DNA of 64,000 bases from positions 1,120,001 through 1,184,000 of the forward strand of contig CAXXIA010000001.1 in assembly GCA_963666985.2 (NCBI GenBank), given 5' to 3'. This DNA is from Spirochaetia bacterium. Lineage in GTDB: Bacteria; Spirochaetota; Spirochaetia; DSM-2461. The notes beneath the pieces were generated by a model. That model was not told the DNA's origin, ran no database searches, and worked only from the letters and a program-made list of their open reading frames with translations. The position numbers and the translations under genes were made by a program. Shown here piece by piece: positions 38,960 to 49,466 of the stretch (the first letter of the stretch is position 1; each line of letters opens with the position of its first letter).

Positions 38960-41900
38960 CAGGTTTTCTCTACGGAAATGAGAATCTCGAAATCACCGAC
39001 GGACACCGCTGCGGCCCCATGATGCTTCGAGAGATCCGTCCACTCAACGGAGGTTGCCAAAGTCTCGCCGGAGAAATACTCAAGGTTGTCCGTAACCGCG
39101 AGACGAACCTCTTCGTTCGCGTCCGCTCTGATGAGGATACGGTCGGTTACTTCCAGACCTGTCTCTTTTCTGAGGTTCTGCACTCCTCTGACCAAGTCGC
39201 GGACCAAGCCTTCGGCCAGCAGTTCGGGTGTTACTTCAGGATCCAGAGCCACCGTCAAAGTGCCTTCGTTCAGCACCTTAAGACCGGATTTTTCGCTTCT
39301 TCGGATTTCAACGGAATCGGCGGTGAGTTCCAAAACGGAACTCTCCGTTCCCTCGAATTCCACGGAAAGGACGGCTCCGTCCATCAAACTCCGGATTTCC
39401 CGCGGAGTCAGAGATTCAATTCTGGCGGCCGCCGCCTTCATGTCCTTACCGAGTTTCCTTCCGAGAACCTTGAAATTGGCTTTGGCCGAATATTCCACCA
39501 AATCTTCTTCGTTATCACGAAAAAGAACATCCTTAACGTTCAATTCTTCCGCCAAGAGATCGGCCATTTCAACCAGTACGGCTTTCTCATTCTTATCAAG
39601 GGTAACGATATGGAGACTTTTCAGCGGCTGACGGATTTTCAGTTCATGCGCATTCCTCAGCGCCCTTCCCAAGCTGACGGTTCGCCGAGTCACCTCCATT
39701 TTCCTCTCCAAAGCCTCGTCCCTCGGGAATGCGGAAGCTTGCGGCCAATCGCACAGATGAACCGATTCCGGATCGTTCGGCCCTTTAAGATTTCGATAGA
39801 TTTCCTCGGAAATGAACGGTGTAAACGGCGCCGAAACCATGGCGACGGCCAAAAGGGCCGCCCTCAGCGTTCCATAGGCTTCATCTTTGTCGGTATCAAC
39901 CGAACCGTCCTGACCGCTCTTCCAGAACCGGCGGCGCGACCGGCGGATATACCAATTGTTCAGCGCGTCGATGAACGCAAGAAGCGGTTCGATGGCTTTC
40001 TGAATATCATAATCTTCCAGAAACGACTCCACGGCGGAAACCATCTTTCCCGTTTCGGAAAGAATCCAGCGATCCAGGGGATTGGCCGGATCGGAGGGAA
40101 TGCCCTCCGGCTCGAAGCCGTCGATGTTGGCGTAGGTAACGAAGAAACTGTATGCGTTCCACAAGGGAAGCAGAACGCCTTTGAGAACATCGCGAACACC
40201 CTCGTCCGAATAGCGGAGACTTTCGGCCTTCACCACGGTTGAATTCATCAAAAAAAGCCGCAGCGCGTCGGCGCCGAACTGATTAATCACCTCTTCCGGA
40301 TCGGTGTAGTTCCGAAGGCTCTTGGACATTTTCTTGCCGTCTTCGGCCAGCACCAAACCGTTGGTAATAACATGACGGAACGCGGGCGTACCGAAGAGCG
40401 CCGCGCCGAGGATGGTCAGCGTATAAAACCAGCCGCGCGTCTGATCCAAACCCTCGGCGATGAAATCCGCCGGGAAATGCTCCTCGAACCATTCTTTATT
40501 CTCAAAGGGATAATGAACCTGAGCATAGGGCATGGAGCCGGATTCGAACCAGCAGTCCAGAACTTCCGGGATTTTTTTCATCCTGCCGCCGCAGGAACAG
40601 GCCCAGTCCAAATCATCAATGTGATGCTTGTGCAAATCCCCCCCCGCCTTCTTATGGGCGGCGGCGGCCTCTTCGCCGATCTTGGCATAGAGTTCTTCAC
40701 GGCTTCCCAGGCATTCCCGCTCTTTGCAGGAGTCACACTCCCAAATCGGCAGAGGATTTCCCCAGTAGCGGTTGCGGCTGATGGCCCAGTCGCGGGCGTT
40801 TTCCAGCCATTTTCCAAAGCGTCCGTTCTTGAGATGATCAGGAACCCAATGAACCTGATCGTTGGAGGAGAGCATCACCGCTTTAATCTTTTGAATGTCC
40901 ACGAACCAGGAACCCACCGCTTTGTAAATAAGAGGACTGTCGCACCTCCAGCAGTGGGGATAAGCATGAAGAATCTGATCTCTTTTAACCAGTTTGCCTT
41001 CGTCTTTCAGCCGCTTAATGATGTCCTTGTCGCAATCTTTAACAAAGCGTCCCGCATAGTCGGTCACTTCATGGGTATAAAGACCTTCCTGATCGACCGG
41101 ACAGACCACGGGGACTCCGGAACTCTTCATAACCTCGTAGTCATCCTCACCGAATCCGGGGGCCGTATGGACAATTCCCGTTCCGTCCTCGGTTGAAACA
41201 TGATCCCCGACGAAGGTTCTGAAAGCGCCTTTTTCCGCCAAATCGGCGAAATAGGGAAAAATCGGTTCATAGGAAAGTCCTTCAAGTTCGCTTCCCTTTT
41301 TCTTCCAAACGACCGAATATTCTTCTTCGCTCCTGAAATAGTCTCCCAAACGCGCCTCTGCCAGAATATAGGCCGCACCGTCGGAGGAATCGGCAACCTT
41401 CACGTAATCGATTTCAGATCCCAGAGAGAGGCCGAGGTTGCTCACAAGAGTCCAGGGCGTGGTGGTCCAGGCCAGAAACCAGGTATTCTCCTCGGTCAGG
41501 CTCTTGAACCGAATGGTGATGGCCGGGTCATGGACGTCTTTATAACCGCCGAGGTTCAGCTCATGGTTGGAAATGGGCGTGGAGCACCGGGGGCAGGTGG
41601 GCAGAATGTAATGCCCCTTATAAATCAGTCCCTTGTCCCAGAGAGACTTGAAAACCCACCAAATGGACTCCATGTATTCGCTTTCCATGGTTTTATAGTC
41701 ATGATCGAAATCCACCCAGCGGCCCGAACGGGTCATGATTTTCCGCCACTCGTCCGTATAGCGAAGCACGATGGAACGGCATGCTTCGTTGAAATTCGCC
41801 ACGCCGAATTTTTCAATTTCCGTTTTGCCCGAAATACCGAGTTCTTTCTCCATCTCGTATTCCACGGGAAGTCCGTGACAATCCCAGCCGAATCGGCGTT

Positions 41901-42138
41901 CGACTTTGTTTCCTTTCATCGTGCGGAAGCGCGGAATAATATCTTTTATCGTTCCCGGTACAAAATGACCGAAATGGGGAAGTCCCGTGGCAAACGGAGG
42001 ACCGTCATAGAAGACGAATTCATCCGCGTCGGAGCGGTTTTCAATCGACTTTTCGAATATGCGGTTCTCTTTCCAGAACGCGAGAATGCCTTCTTCCATC
42101 TTGGGGAAATCAACTTTGGGATCTACGGGCTCGTACAC
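38959..42138 (-). CDS. ileS: Isoleucine--tRNA ligase (type 2)
   Basis: DGPPFATGLPHFGH, GWDCHGLP, WTTTPWTL, WAISRNRYWG, KMSKS, WYIRRSRRRFW; start reassigned to GTG 42138 (GGAG RBS). Confidence 0.96.
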   Translation of the reverse strand: MYEPVDPKVDFPKMEEGILAFWKENRIFEKSIENRSDADEFVFYDGPPFATGLPHFGHFVPGTIKDIIPRFRTMKGNKVERRFGWDCHGLPVEYEMEKELGISGKTEIEKFGVANFNEACRSIVLRYTDEWRKIMTRSGRWVDFDHDYKTMESEYMESIWWVFKSLWDKGLIYKGHYILPTCPRCSTPISNHELNLGGYKDVHDPAITIRFKSLTEENTWFLAWTTTPWTLVSNLGLSLGSEIDYVKVADSSDGAAYILAEARLGDYFRSEEEYSVVWKKKGSELEGLSYEPIFPYFADLAEKGAFRTFVGDHVSTEDGTGIVHTAPGFGEDDYEVMKSSGVPVVCPVDQEGLYTHEVTDYAGRFVKDCDKDIIKRLKDEGKLVKRDQILHAYPHCWRCDSPLIYKAVGSWFVDIQKIKAVMLSSNDQVHWVPDHLKNGRFGKWLENARDWAISRNRYWGNPLPIWECDSCKERECLGSREELYAKIGEEAAAAHKKAGGDLHKHHIDDLDWACSCGGRMKKIPEVLDCWFESGSMPYAQVHYPFENKEWFEEHFPADFIAEGLDQTRGWFYTLTILGAALFGTPAFRHVITNGLVLAEDGKKMSKSLRNYTDPEEVINQFGADALRLFLMNSTVVKAESLRYSDEGVRDVLKGVLLPLWNAYSFFVTYANIDGFEPEGIPSDPANPLDRWILSETGKMVSAVESFLEDYDIQKAIEPLLAFIDALNNWYIRRSRRRFWKSGQDGSVDTDKDEAYGTLRAALLAVAMVSAPFTPFISEEIYRNLKGPNDPESVHLCDWPQASAFPRDEALERKMEVTRRTVSLGRALRNAHELKIRQPLKSLHIVTLDKNEKAVLVEMADLLAEELNVKDVLFRDNEEDLVEYSAKANFKVLGRKLGKDMKAAAARIESLTPREIRSLMDGAVLSVEFEGTESSVLELTADSVEIRRSEKSGLKVLNEGTLTVALDPEVTPELLAEGLVRDLVRGVQNLRKETGLEVTDRILIRADANEEVRLAVTDNLEYFSGETLATSVEWTDLSKHHGAAAVSVGDFEILISVEKT

Positions 42139-42296
42139 TTTGAAGTCACTCCAATTATTTTCAAGGAATCCGAAAGGTTCACGATCGGTTCCGTTTCGTG
42201 TGAAAAAAACGAGGATAAGATACCTCGGAGAAGCGGCCCTAAGCAAGGGACGATAACCTCTCGACCCGATATCCGTGATGAGATATCGTTGTCTCC

Positions 42297-43472
42297 ATGA
42301 GCATCTTGATGGTGAAAAAAATCCTTCTTAACGGTTCTCCCTGCGGCAAATGCGTTCAGGCGGAAGAAATTCTCCGGAAACGCGGCTTTTGGGAACGCAT
42401 CGACAGCGTTGTGTACGCCGAGGAAGGGAATCCCGATTCGGACGGAATGAAACTCGCGAAAGAATTCGATATTAAGCTGGCGCCTTTTTTCATCGTCGGC
42501 GATGACGATGAAAAAAACGGCCGCAGAGTTTATACCCGTGTGTTCGAATTCATCAAGAAAGAACTTGAAGGCCGAGAGACCCCTCCTTCCCAGAGCGGCG
42601 GCTCGCCGAACGGCGGTTTTTCGGCGGACGCCGAGAAATCCGCGGCGAAAAATAAAGCCGTTACAGGCCGCCGCGTTTCGATAGACGCCAGCTCTTCACA
42701 AAAAAACGCGGCAGAATCCAAGAGCGGCGCTTCCGTTCCCGCCGAAAAAACCGCGCCCGCTGATTTCGATATAAAAGAGGCGGAGAAACGATACTCAGGT
42801 CTCTCGCCCGCGGCCATTCTCGCCGACGCGCAGAAAGCCTTCGGTGCGGATCTGGTTATCGCGTTCAGCGGAGCCGAGGATGTTGTTCTTATCGACATGG
42901 CCTCAAAAAACGGCCTGCCGTTTTCCGTCTTCTGCCTGGATACCGGCCGTCTGCACGAGGAGACCTACCGATTCATCGATGAAGTCAGAAACCGTTACTC
43001 CATCGATATTGAAATCTTTTTTCCCGATCCGTCTCTGCTCGAACCGTTCGTAACGGAAAAAGGAATGACGAGCTTTTTCGAGGACGGACACGGTGAATGC
43101 TGTTCCATCCGCAAAGTGGAGCCTCTCAAACGCGCCCTTGCCGGCAGAAGGGCCTGGGCGACCGGTCTTCGCCGCGATCAAAGTCCGGCCACGCGCGGCG
43201 ATCTGGTTCATGCCGAATCGGATATGGCCCATCTGAATCCCGAAGACTCTCCGCTTGTCAAAATCAATCCGCTGCTCGACTGGAGTTCCGATAAAGTATG
43301 GGACTACATCAGGGCTTTTGACGTTCCGTACAACCGGCTGCACGATGACGGATACCGTTCCATCGGCTGCGCCCCCTGCACGCGCGCGTCGCGGCCGGGA
43401 GAACATGAACGCATGGCCCGCTGGTGGTGGGAAAATGAAACAAAAAGGGAATGCGGACTTCACGTGAAATAA
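42297..43472 (+). CDS. cysH: Adenylyl-sulfate (APS) reductase, CysH family, fused to an N-terminal CxxC thioredoxin-like domain
   Basis: AFSGAED, LDTGRLH, ECCSIRKVEPL, TGLRRDQS, SIGCAPCT, RWWWE, ECGLH (CC + CxxC Fe-S ligands); N-terminal about 90 aa with CGKC. Confidence 0.9.
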   Translation: MSILMVKKILLNGSPCGKCVQAEEILRKRGFWERIDSVVYAEEGNPDSDGMKLAKEFDIKLAPFFIVGDDDEKNGRRVYTRVFEFIKKELEGRETPPSQSGGSPNGGFSADAEKSAAKNKAVTGRRVSIDASSSQKNAAESKSGASVPAEKTAPADFDIKEAEKRYSGLSPAAILADAQKAFGADLVIAFSGAEDVVLIDMASKNGLPFSVFCLDTGRLHEETYRFIDEVRNRYSIDIEIFFPDPSLLEPFVTEKGMTSFFEDGHGECCSIRKVEPLKRALAGRRAWATGLRRDQSPATRGDLVHAESDMAHLNPEDSPLVKINPLLDWSSDKVWDYIRAFDVPYNRLHDDGYRSIGCAPCTRASRPGEHERMARWWWENETKRECGLHVK

Positions 43473-43563
43473 TCGGCGTGCAAGCCGTGATGAGGCTCGG
43501 AAGGCGGTGTTCCTGCGGGAATCCAATTCGCGCAGCCGCCGATTCCGGCCGCCTTCCGATTCT

Positions 43564-45360
43564 CTACACGCTTTCGGTTAAGGGCCGTGTCGCTTCATAC
43601 AGCCATTCGCTCTCGTCCTGATTCAGAAGAAACTTCAAGCGCATATAAACTTCATCATGGTAGGCGTCTATCCAGGAAATCTCATCCTCTTCGAGCATCC
43701 CGATATCGATCAGAGTCCTGTCGTAAGGAGCCAATGTCAGCGTCTTGAAGCCCAGAAAAGTTCCGAATGCCGTTTTTTCCATTTCTCCGCAGAGAACCAG
43801 ATTCTCAATCCGTATGCCGTACTCGCCTTCCCGGTACAATCCGGGCTCGTCGGAGACGATCATGCCGGGTACCAAAGCCACATCAATGGGATGAGGACTC
43901 AGTTTCTGGGGGCCTTCATGAACATTCAGCCGATACCCGATTCCATGCCCTGTTCCATGACCGTAGTCCAGGCCTCTCCGCCAAAGACCGCCGCGCGCCA
44001 GTGCATCGATTTGATACCCTCTGGTTCCTTGAGGAAACCGGGCCGCGGCAACGGTTATATGCGCTTTGAGCACCAGCGTGTAATCCTCTCTCTGCCTCGA
44101 TGAAGGAATCCCCAGAGAGACCGTTCGCGTAATATCCGTCGTCCCGTCGTCCCATTGACCGCCCGAATCGATCAGAAACAAATCCGATCCGGATTTTAAA
44201 ACGAACGCGCCCTCTTCTTTCGCTTCATAATGACAGATGGCCCCGTGTGATTGAAACGCGGGGATGTATGAAAAGCTGTCCCCCAAGTATCCCGGCATTT
44301 CCGCCCTGCACGATCGCAGTAAATCGGCGGCCTCGATTTCCGTAAGGCTCGCTCCATCGGCAATCTTACGCTTCAGCCGGATCAGGAAACGGACCATGGC
44401 CGCTCCGTCCTTCTCCATGGCGCCGGAGATCCGCCGGATTTCCACGGCGTTCTTAACGGCCTTCATGGAAACCACCGGATCCGCCCCCATCCTGAGGACG
44501 GCCCCTTTCGGAAGGGATTTCATGAGGGTTCGGGATAAAGACGCGGTATCGGCAAGAATTCTGAGTTCGGAAGGAATACGGGATAATTCTTCGTAAAAAC
44601 TCTCATACGGCTCAAGGCCGATCCCGTCCTTGAGCAGCGAATCGCGAACTTTATGGGGAATCCGTTCCAAAACGGTAAACCAGGTAAGACGTTCGGGAAG
44701 CAGAAGGAGATAACCGACAACAACCGGATTATAAGGAACATCGGCTCCCCTGACATTCAAAAGCCAGGCCGCCGAGTCCAATCCCGTACCGATCCACACA
44801 TCGGCTCCGGCCGATGTCAGGGCTTTTTTGAGTCTTGAAATCTTCTCTTTTCGGGATTCGCCGCTTATCTCCGCGTCCAACTCGGTAATTTGCGCCTCAG
44901 GCAGGCCGGGCCTGTCGTTCCAGAGACCGTCAATGAGATCGGCATCGTCCTTCAAAGCGATACCCGCCCTCTGAAAAAGAGCTTCCCATTCACAGGCGGT
45001 CTTTTCCGTTATGCTCCTGCCGTCTATCCCGACAACCGACCCCGCGGGTAAATTCGCCGCCAGATACTCCGGCAAAGTTTTCACGCCTTCGGCGCCTTCA
45101 CGAAACAACTCGATTCCGCTTCCGGAGAGTTCGTCCGCCGCCTGAATCCAATATCGAAAATCCGTCCAAAGGCCGGCCCGATCGGAAGTGAGCGCGACAG
45201 TACCGGCACTGCCGGTGAATCCGCTGATCCACCGCCGTGTCCGCCAGGATTCGGGCGGATATTCACTTCCATGAGGGTCCGCACCCGTGATGACGTATGC
45301 GTCGAGGCCGCATTCCTTCATTCGTGTTCTTAATGATTTCAATTTCAAGGTTATTTCCAC
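43564..45360 (-). CDS. Xaa-Pro aminopeptidase (aminopeptidase P, M24)
   Basis: DPHGSEY, SGFTGSAG, DSGGQ..DGTTDITRT, HGTGHGIG, VHEGP, EPGLY, GIRIEN; start reassigned to GTG 45360 (GGAGG RBS). Confidence 0.93.
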   Translation of the reverse strand: MEITLKLKSLRTRMKECGLDAYVITGADPHGSEYPPESWRTRRWISGFTGSAGTVALTSDRAGLWTDFRYWIQAADELSGSGIELFREGAEGVKTLPEYLAANLPAGSVVGIDGRSITEKTACEWEALFQRAGIALKDDADLIDGLWNDRPGLPEAQITELDAEISGESRKEKISRLKKALTSAGADVWIGTGLDSAAWLLNVRGADVPYNPVVVGYLLLLPERLTWFTVLERIPHKVRDSLLKDGIGLEPYESFYEELSRIPSELRILADTASLSRTLMKSLPKGAVLRMGADPVVSMKAVKNAVEIRRISGAMEKDGAAMVRFLIRLKRKIADGASLTEIEAADLLRSCRAEMPGYLGDSFSYIPAFQSHGAICHYEAKEEGAFVLKSGSDLFLIDSGGQWDDGTTDITRTVSLGIPSSRQREDYTLVLKAHITVAAARFPQGTRGYQIDALARGGLWRRGLDYGHGTGHGIGYRLNVHEGPQKLSPHPIDVALVPGMIVSDEPGLYREGEYGIRIENLVLCGEMEKTAFGTFLGFKTLTLAPYDRTLIDIGMLEEDEISWIDAYHDEVYMRLKFLLNQDESEWLYEATRPLTESV

Positions 45361-45558
45361 GGGGTTTCCTCCGCGAAATACGTTATCCCCGGTGTTTTTA
45401 TCTTTCAAGACCTTCGCGTTTTCACCTGCTTCGAAAGAAAACGACGACTGATGCATCGAAAAACGTCAAGGAAACTTGGAAGTTGCCGAACATAAGTGTG
45501 AGAGCTGACGGCGGTTTTTCAACTCACCCCTCCCATGATGACCGTCGGACCCTCGGAC

Positions 45559-45589
45559 GACCGTCCCTCCCCGGACGGTCATTTTTTTT
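45559..45589 (+). terminator. Intrinsic terminator-like hairpin upstream of the mevalonate operon
   Basis: GACCGTCC-ctcccc-GGACGGTC-aTTTTTTTT. Confidence 0.55.
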
Positions 45590-45755
45590 CTCCGCCGAGC
45601 GTCCTTTCGGGCAAACCTTCCCCAAAAACCTTCGAACGGGCGAAAACCCGGCGTCTTTCAGGCTTCTTCCTCCCTTAAGGTTCCTCATGGTAAATTATTA
45701 GGCGGCTTTTCGTGTATGATTGCCGACGAAACCGCCACTGCATCTAAGGACGAAT

Positions 45756-47030
45756 ATGAACTGTAAAAAAATCGGTATAGGTGATATCGGCGTCTATGTG
45801 CCCTCCCCGCGCATGGATCTGGACATTTTGATCAATGCCAGAAAAGCCGAAGATGATAAATGGGAACGGATTCTTCAGCGGGCCGTGGAGACAACCGGAC
45901 AATCTTCCTTCCGTTTCCCGGAAATATGGGAAGACACCTGTTCTCTGGCCGCGAATGCCGCCGCATTACCCCTGGACCGATTAGGACCCGACGGCTGTAA
46001 AGATATCAGACTGCTGGCCGTCGGAACGGAAACTTCCGTGGATCATTCCAAACCCGTTGCCTCTTATGTTCAGGGAATGCTTCAAGCTTCCGGATATCCC
46101 CTTCAAACGTCGATGACGACATTTGAAATAAAACACGCCTGCGCCGGAGAAACCGCGGCTCTTCTTTCGGCGGCATCATTGATCGGCTGTTCGGCAAACG
46201 AGAAAGAAAAAGCTCTGGTAATCGGAAGCGACATCGCCCGCTACGATACTCCGAGCACGGCCGAAATCACTCAAGGCGCCGGAGCCGCCGCACTTATCGT
46301 TGAAAAGAATCCGAGACTTCTGGAGATGGATCTGGGGGTTCAGGGCTACTATGCTTCGGATGTCGACGATTTCTTCCGCCCTCTCGGATCGGTTACGGCC
46401 AGAGTCAAAGGGCGGTATTCCATGGAATGCTATCAGGCGGCCATGGGAGCCGCTCTTGACGACTATGCGCGGCGGAAAGGAACCGATGTCACCGGTGTTT
46501 TCACTGAAACCGACTATTTGGCGCTCCATGTGCCCTTCGCCTCGATGCCCGTTACCGCCGTTACCGGATTTCTCACAGATCAATGCGGATGGGAACCGAA
46601 AGCCGTGGACGGCTTTCTGGAAAGAACCGGATTTGTCGATGCCTTGTCGATGAGCCGTACCTTCGGAAATCTTTATACCGGTTCCCTCTATGCTTACATC
46701 GCGTCTCTTCTGAATCAGGAGTTTCGGAAACACGGGGAAAATATCATCGGGAAAAAAATTCTTGTGGCTTCCTACGGTTCGGGAAACACCATGATCGTTT
46801 ACTCATTGACCATTGCTCCCGGAGCCCCCGGTATCGTCGCATCCTGGAATCTGAACAAGCTGATCGGCGATGCCCGGCCCGCGGATTTTTCCGAATACCT
46901 CCGATGGCTCGAACGGCCTTCCGATACCGATGCCTGGAACGCCCTCCTTTCAAAAGGCGCACCGCAAAAAGGACGATTTTATCTGAAAGGATTCGAAGAG
47001 TCGGGCTTAAGAATCTATGATAAGGCCTAA
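45756..47030 (+). CDS. mvaS: Hydroxymethylglutaryl-CoA synthase
   Basis: VGTET..D.SKP, EIKHACAG (catalytic Cys), SDIARY, E.TQGAGA, DFFRP, HVPF, GNLYTGSL, SYGSG; ATG 45756 with AAGGA RBS. Confidence 0.93.
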   Translation: MNCKKIGIGDIGVYVPSPRMDLDILINARKAEDDKWERILQRAVETTGQSSFRFPEIWEDTCSLAANAAALPLDRLGPDGCKDIRLLAVGTETSVDHSKPVASYVQGMLQASGYPLQTSMTTFEIKHACAGETAALLSAASLIGCSANEKEKALVIGSDIARYDTPSTAEITQGAGAAALIVEKNPRLLEMDLGVQGYYASDVDDFFRPLGSVTARVKGRYSMECYQAAMGAALDDYARRKGTDVTGVFTETDYLALHVPFASMPVTAVTGFLTDQCGWEPKAVDGFLERTGFVDALSMSRTFGNLYTGSLYAYIASLLNQEFRKHGENIIGKKILVASYGSGNTMIVYSLTIAPGAPGIVASWNLNKLIGDARPADFSEYLRWLERPSDTDAWNALLSKGAPQKGRFYLKGFEESGLRIYDKA

Positions 47031-47061
47031 GGTCCTTTTAGGGCCGCCGCGAGGATAGTCT

Positions 47062-48186
47062 GTGAAAGACGGATTACGCAGCAGAAAGAACGAACATCTC
47101 GATATCTGCCTGAACACATCCCTCGATATAGAAACAGGCGATACGGGACTGAACGCCGTCGGCTTTCACCACCGCTCTCTTCCGGAAACCGAGGCGGGCG
47201 GCATCGATCCGACGACCGAATTCTTAGGGTGCGTTCTTAAGATTCCGATTATGATTTCCTGCATGACCGGAGGTTCCGAAAAAGGCCGGCGCATTAATGA
47301 AATCCTGGCCGCGGCGGCCGGAGAAGAAAAAATCGCCATCGGAACGGGTTCCATCCGGGTGATGATGGAACATCCGGAAACACTTCCCGATTTTCTGCTG
47401 AAGCGTTTGGCTCCCGATTCTCCCGTTCTGGCCAATATCGGCGCGGCCCAGCTTTTGGAGTACGAACCGGAAAAGATCCTGGACGCCGTGGAATCCATCG
47501 CCGCAGACGGTCTTTATGTCCACTTAAATGCGGCCCAGGAATTTTTTCAGGCCGAAGGAGAAAAGACATTCATCGGCTGGAAGAGCGGAATCTTCAAACT
47601 TTTGGACGCGGCCGCCCGTCGAGACATTCCCATCCTCATCAAGGAAACAGGAGCGGGGATTCCGCCCGTCGAAGGACTTCCCCTTCTGAAATCCGGAGCC
47701 GCTTACCTGGACATCGCCGGGACGGGAGGAACGGACTGGATTGCCGTGGAATCCTTCCGCTCGGACGGATGGAGAAAAAAGAGTGCGCAATCCTTTATCG
47801 GATGGGGGTATTCCACCGGGGAACTTCTTTTGGCCTACAGGCAGATTTCCCGCGCGGGAGGAGAATCCGGCCGAACGGTTGCGGACCGAATCATCGCCTC
47901 CGGGGGCCTGAGAACCCCTCGGGATTTTGCCGTTTCGCTTTCATGCGGCGCCTATTTGGCCGCGGCGGCTCTACCGTTTGCCCGAATGGCGGCCTCAGGA
48001 GGTCCGAAGGCCGTAACCGCCTACATCAAATCCATAGCAGAAGGCATCAAAGCTGCCGCGGCGCTGACCGGCGCTTCATCCCTTGATGAATTCCGAAAAT
48101 CCGAACTGAGGATTCCCTCCGACGCCGCCGATCGGGCGGAAAAACTCGCCGAAGAAGCCCTTGCGGCCGAAGAAGGATCGAGATGA
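47062..48186 (+). CDS. fni: Type 2 (FMN-dependent) isopentenyl-diphosphate delta-isomerase
   Basis: RKNEHLDIC, H.SLPE, SCMTGGS, ANIGA, HLNAAQE, KETGAG, GTGGTDW, ASGGLR. Confidence 0.93.
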   Translation: MKDGLRSRKNEHLDICLNTSLDIETGDTGLNAVGFHHRSLPETEAGGIDPTTEFLGCVLKIPIMISCMTGGSEKGRRINEILAAAAGEEKIAIGTGSIRVMMEHPETLPDFLLKRLAPDSPVLANIGAAQLLEYEPEKILDAVESIAADGLYVHLNAAQEFFQAEGEKTFIGWKSGIFKLLDAAARRDIPILIKETGAGIPPVEGLPLLKSGAAYLDIAGTGGTDWIAVESFRSDGWRKKSAQSFIGWGYSTGELLLAYRQISRAGGESGRTVADRIIASGGLRTPRDFAVSLSCGAYLAAAALPFARMAASGGPKAVTAYIKSIAEGIKAAAALTGASSLDEFRKSELRIPSDAADRAEKLAEEALAAEEGSR

Positions 48187-49466
48187 AACCGGGAAACAAA
48201 AAATTCAGACACAGTTCGATACGCGAACGCCGCCGCTATTTTCGCGAAGCCGCTCTCGATGATATTCAGGCCGAAGACTTTGCGTTCACCGGCGCCGACG
48301 AAGGACTGCTCGATCTCTCCGAAGCCATGGTCGAACAGGCGGTCGGTTATGTCGGCGTTCCCCTCGGCATCGCCGGACCCTTTCTCATCGATAACCGAGA
48401 CGTCCTGATTCCTCTGGCCACAGAGGAGCCGTCCGTGATTGCCGCCGCCTCTTTCGCGGCTTCCATAACCAGAAAGCACGGCGGACTGATGACCAAAGCC
48501 GGCGAGCCTGTTATGACGGCGCAGATTTTTTTGGAAGATACCGGAGAGCGCGGAGCCGACGGCGTTGACGCCGTGCTTTCCTCGCAAGAGAGAATCCGTG
48601 AGCACCTGAAACCCGTCCTTGATTCCATGATGCGCCGCGGAGGCGGCTGGAGGGGGCTGGATGCCCGGTGGATCGCTCCCTCGCAGACGCTCTCGGTGAA
48701 CGTTCGAATCGACGTCAGAGACGCCATGGGCGCCAATCTGCTCAACAGCGCCGCAGAAAAGCTTCGCCCGCTTCTGGAAGAAATCACGGGAGGCCGCGTT
48801 CTCATGGCCATCCTCTCCAACCGTTCCTGGGACCGAACGGCCTCCGCCCGGCTGCAGATTCCCCTTTCGGCTTTGGGCCGTCCCGGCTTCAGCGGAGAAG
48901 AGACCGCCAGACGCATTGTCCGCGCTTCCAGAATCGCCCGGGAAGACCCCGACAGGGCCGTTACCCACAACAAAGGGATTATGAACGGAATCAGCGCTCT
49001 GGCGCTTGCCACGGCCAACGATACCCGGGCCATCGAAGCCGCCGCGCACGCCTACGCGGGACGCTACGGGCCCTACCACGGGCTCACCGAATACTGGATT
49101 GAAGAGGGCACTCTTCACGGCAGTCTTGAAATGCCTCTTCCGTTCGCCGTTACAGGCGGCGCGGTCGGGTTCCATCCCGCTTCCCGGTGGTCCCTGAATC
49201 TTTTGGGGAATCCGGATGCGCCGATGCTCAGCCGCATCGCTGCGGCTCTCGGGCTGGCTCAGAATCTCGCGGCTCTGCGCGCCCTTGTCTGCGAAGGAAT
49301 CCAAACCGGGCACATGGCCCTCCATGCCAGAAGACTTTCTTACGACGCGGGCGCCCGAGGCGATGATCTTTCCGAATTCGCCGATGAAATCCGTTCCCGC
49401 GAAATTCGAAGCCGAGAGGATGCCTTAACGCATTTTGAATCTTGGAAAGCAAAAAAGGACGGATGA
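48183..49466 (+). CDS. mvaA: HMG-CoA reductase, class II
   Basis: PLGIA, PLATEEPSVIAAAS, DAMGAN, AILSN, RAVTHNKGIMNG, NDTRAIEA, GLAQN..ALRAL..EGIQTGHMALH. Confidence 0.95.
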   Translation: MKPGNKKFRHSSIRERRRYFREAALDDIQAEDFAFTGADEGLLDLSEAMVEQAVGYVGVPLGIAGPFLIDNRDVLIPLATEEPSVIAAASFAASITRKHGGLMTKAGEPVMTAQIFLEDTGERGADGVDAVLSSQERIREHLKPVLDSMMRRGGGWRGLDARWIAPSQTLSVNVRIDVRDAMGANLLNSAAEKLRPLLEEITGGRVLMAILSNRSWDRTASARLQIPLSALGRPGFSGEETARRIVRASRIAREDPDRAVTHNKGIMNGISALALATANDTRAIEAAAHAYAGRYGPYHGLTEYWIEEGTLHGSLEMPLPFAVTGGAVGFHPASRWSLNLLGNPDAPMLSRIAAALGLAQNLAALRALVCEGIQTGHMALHARRLSYDAGARGDDLSEFADEIRSREIRSREDALTHFESWKAKKDG

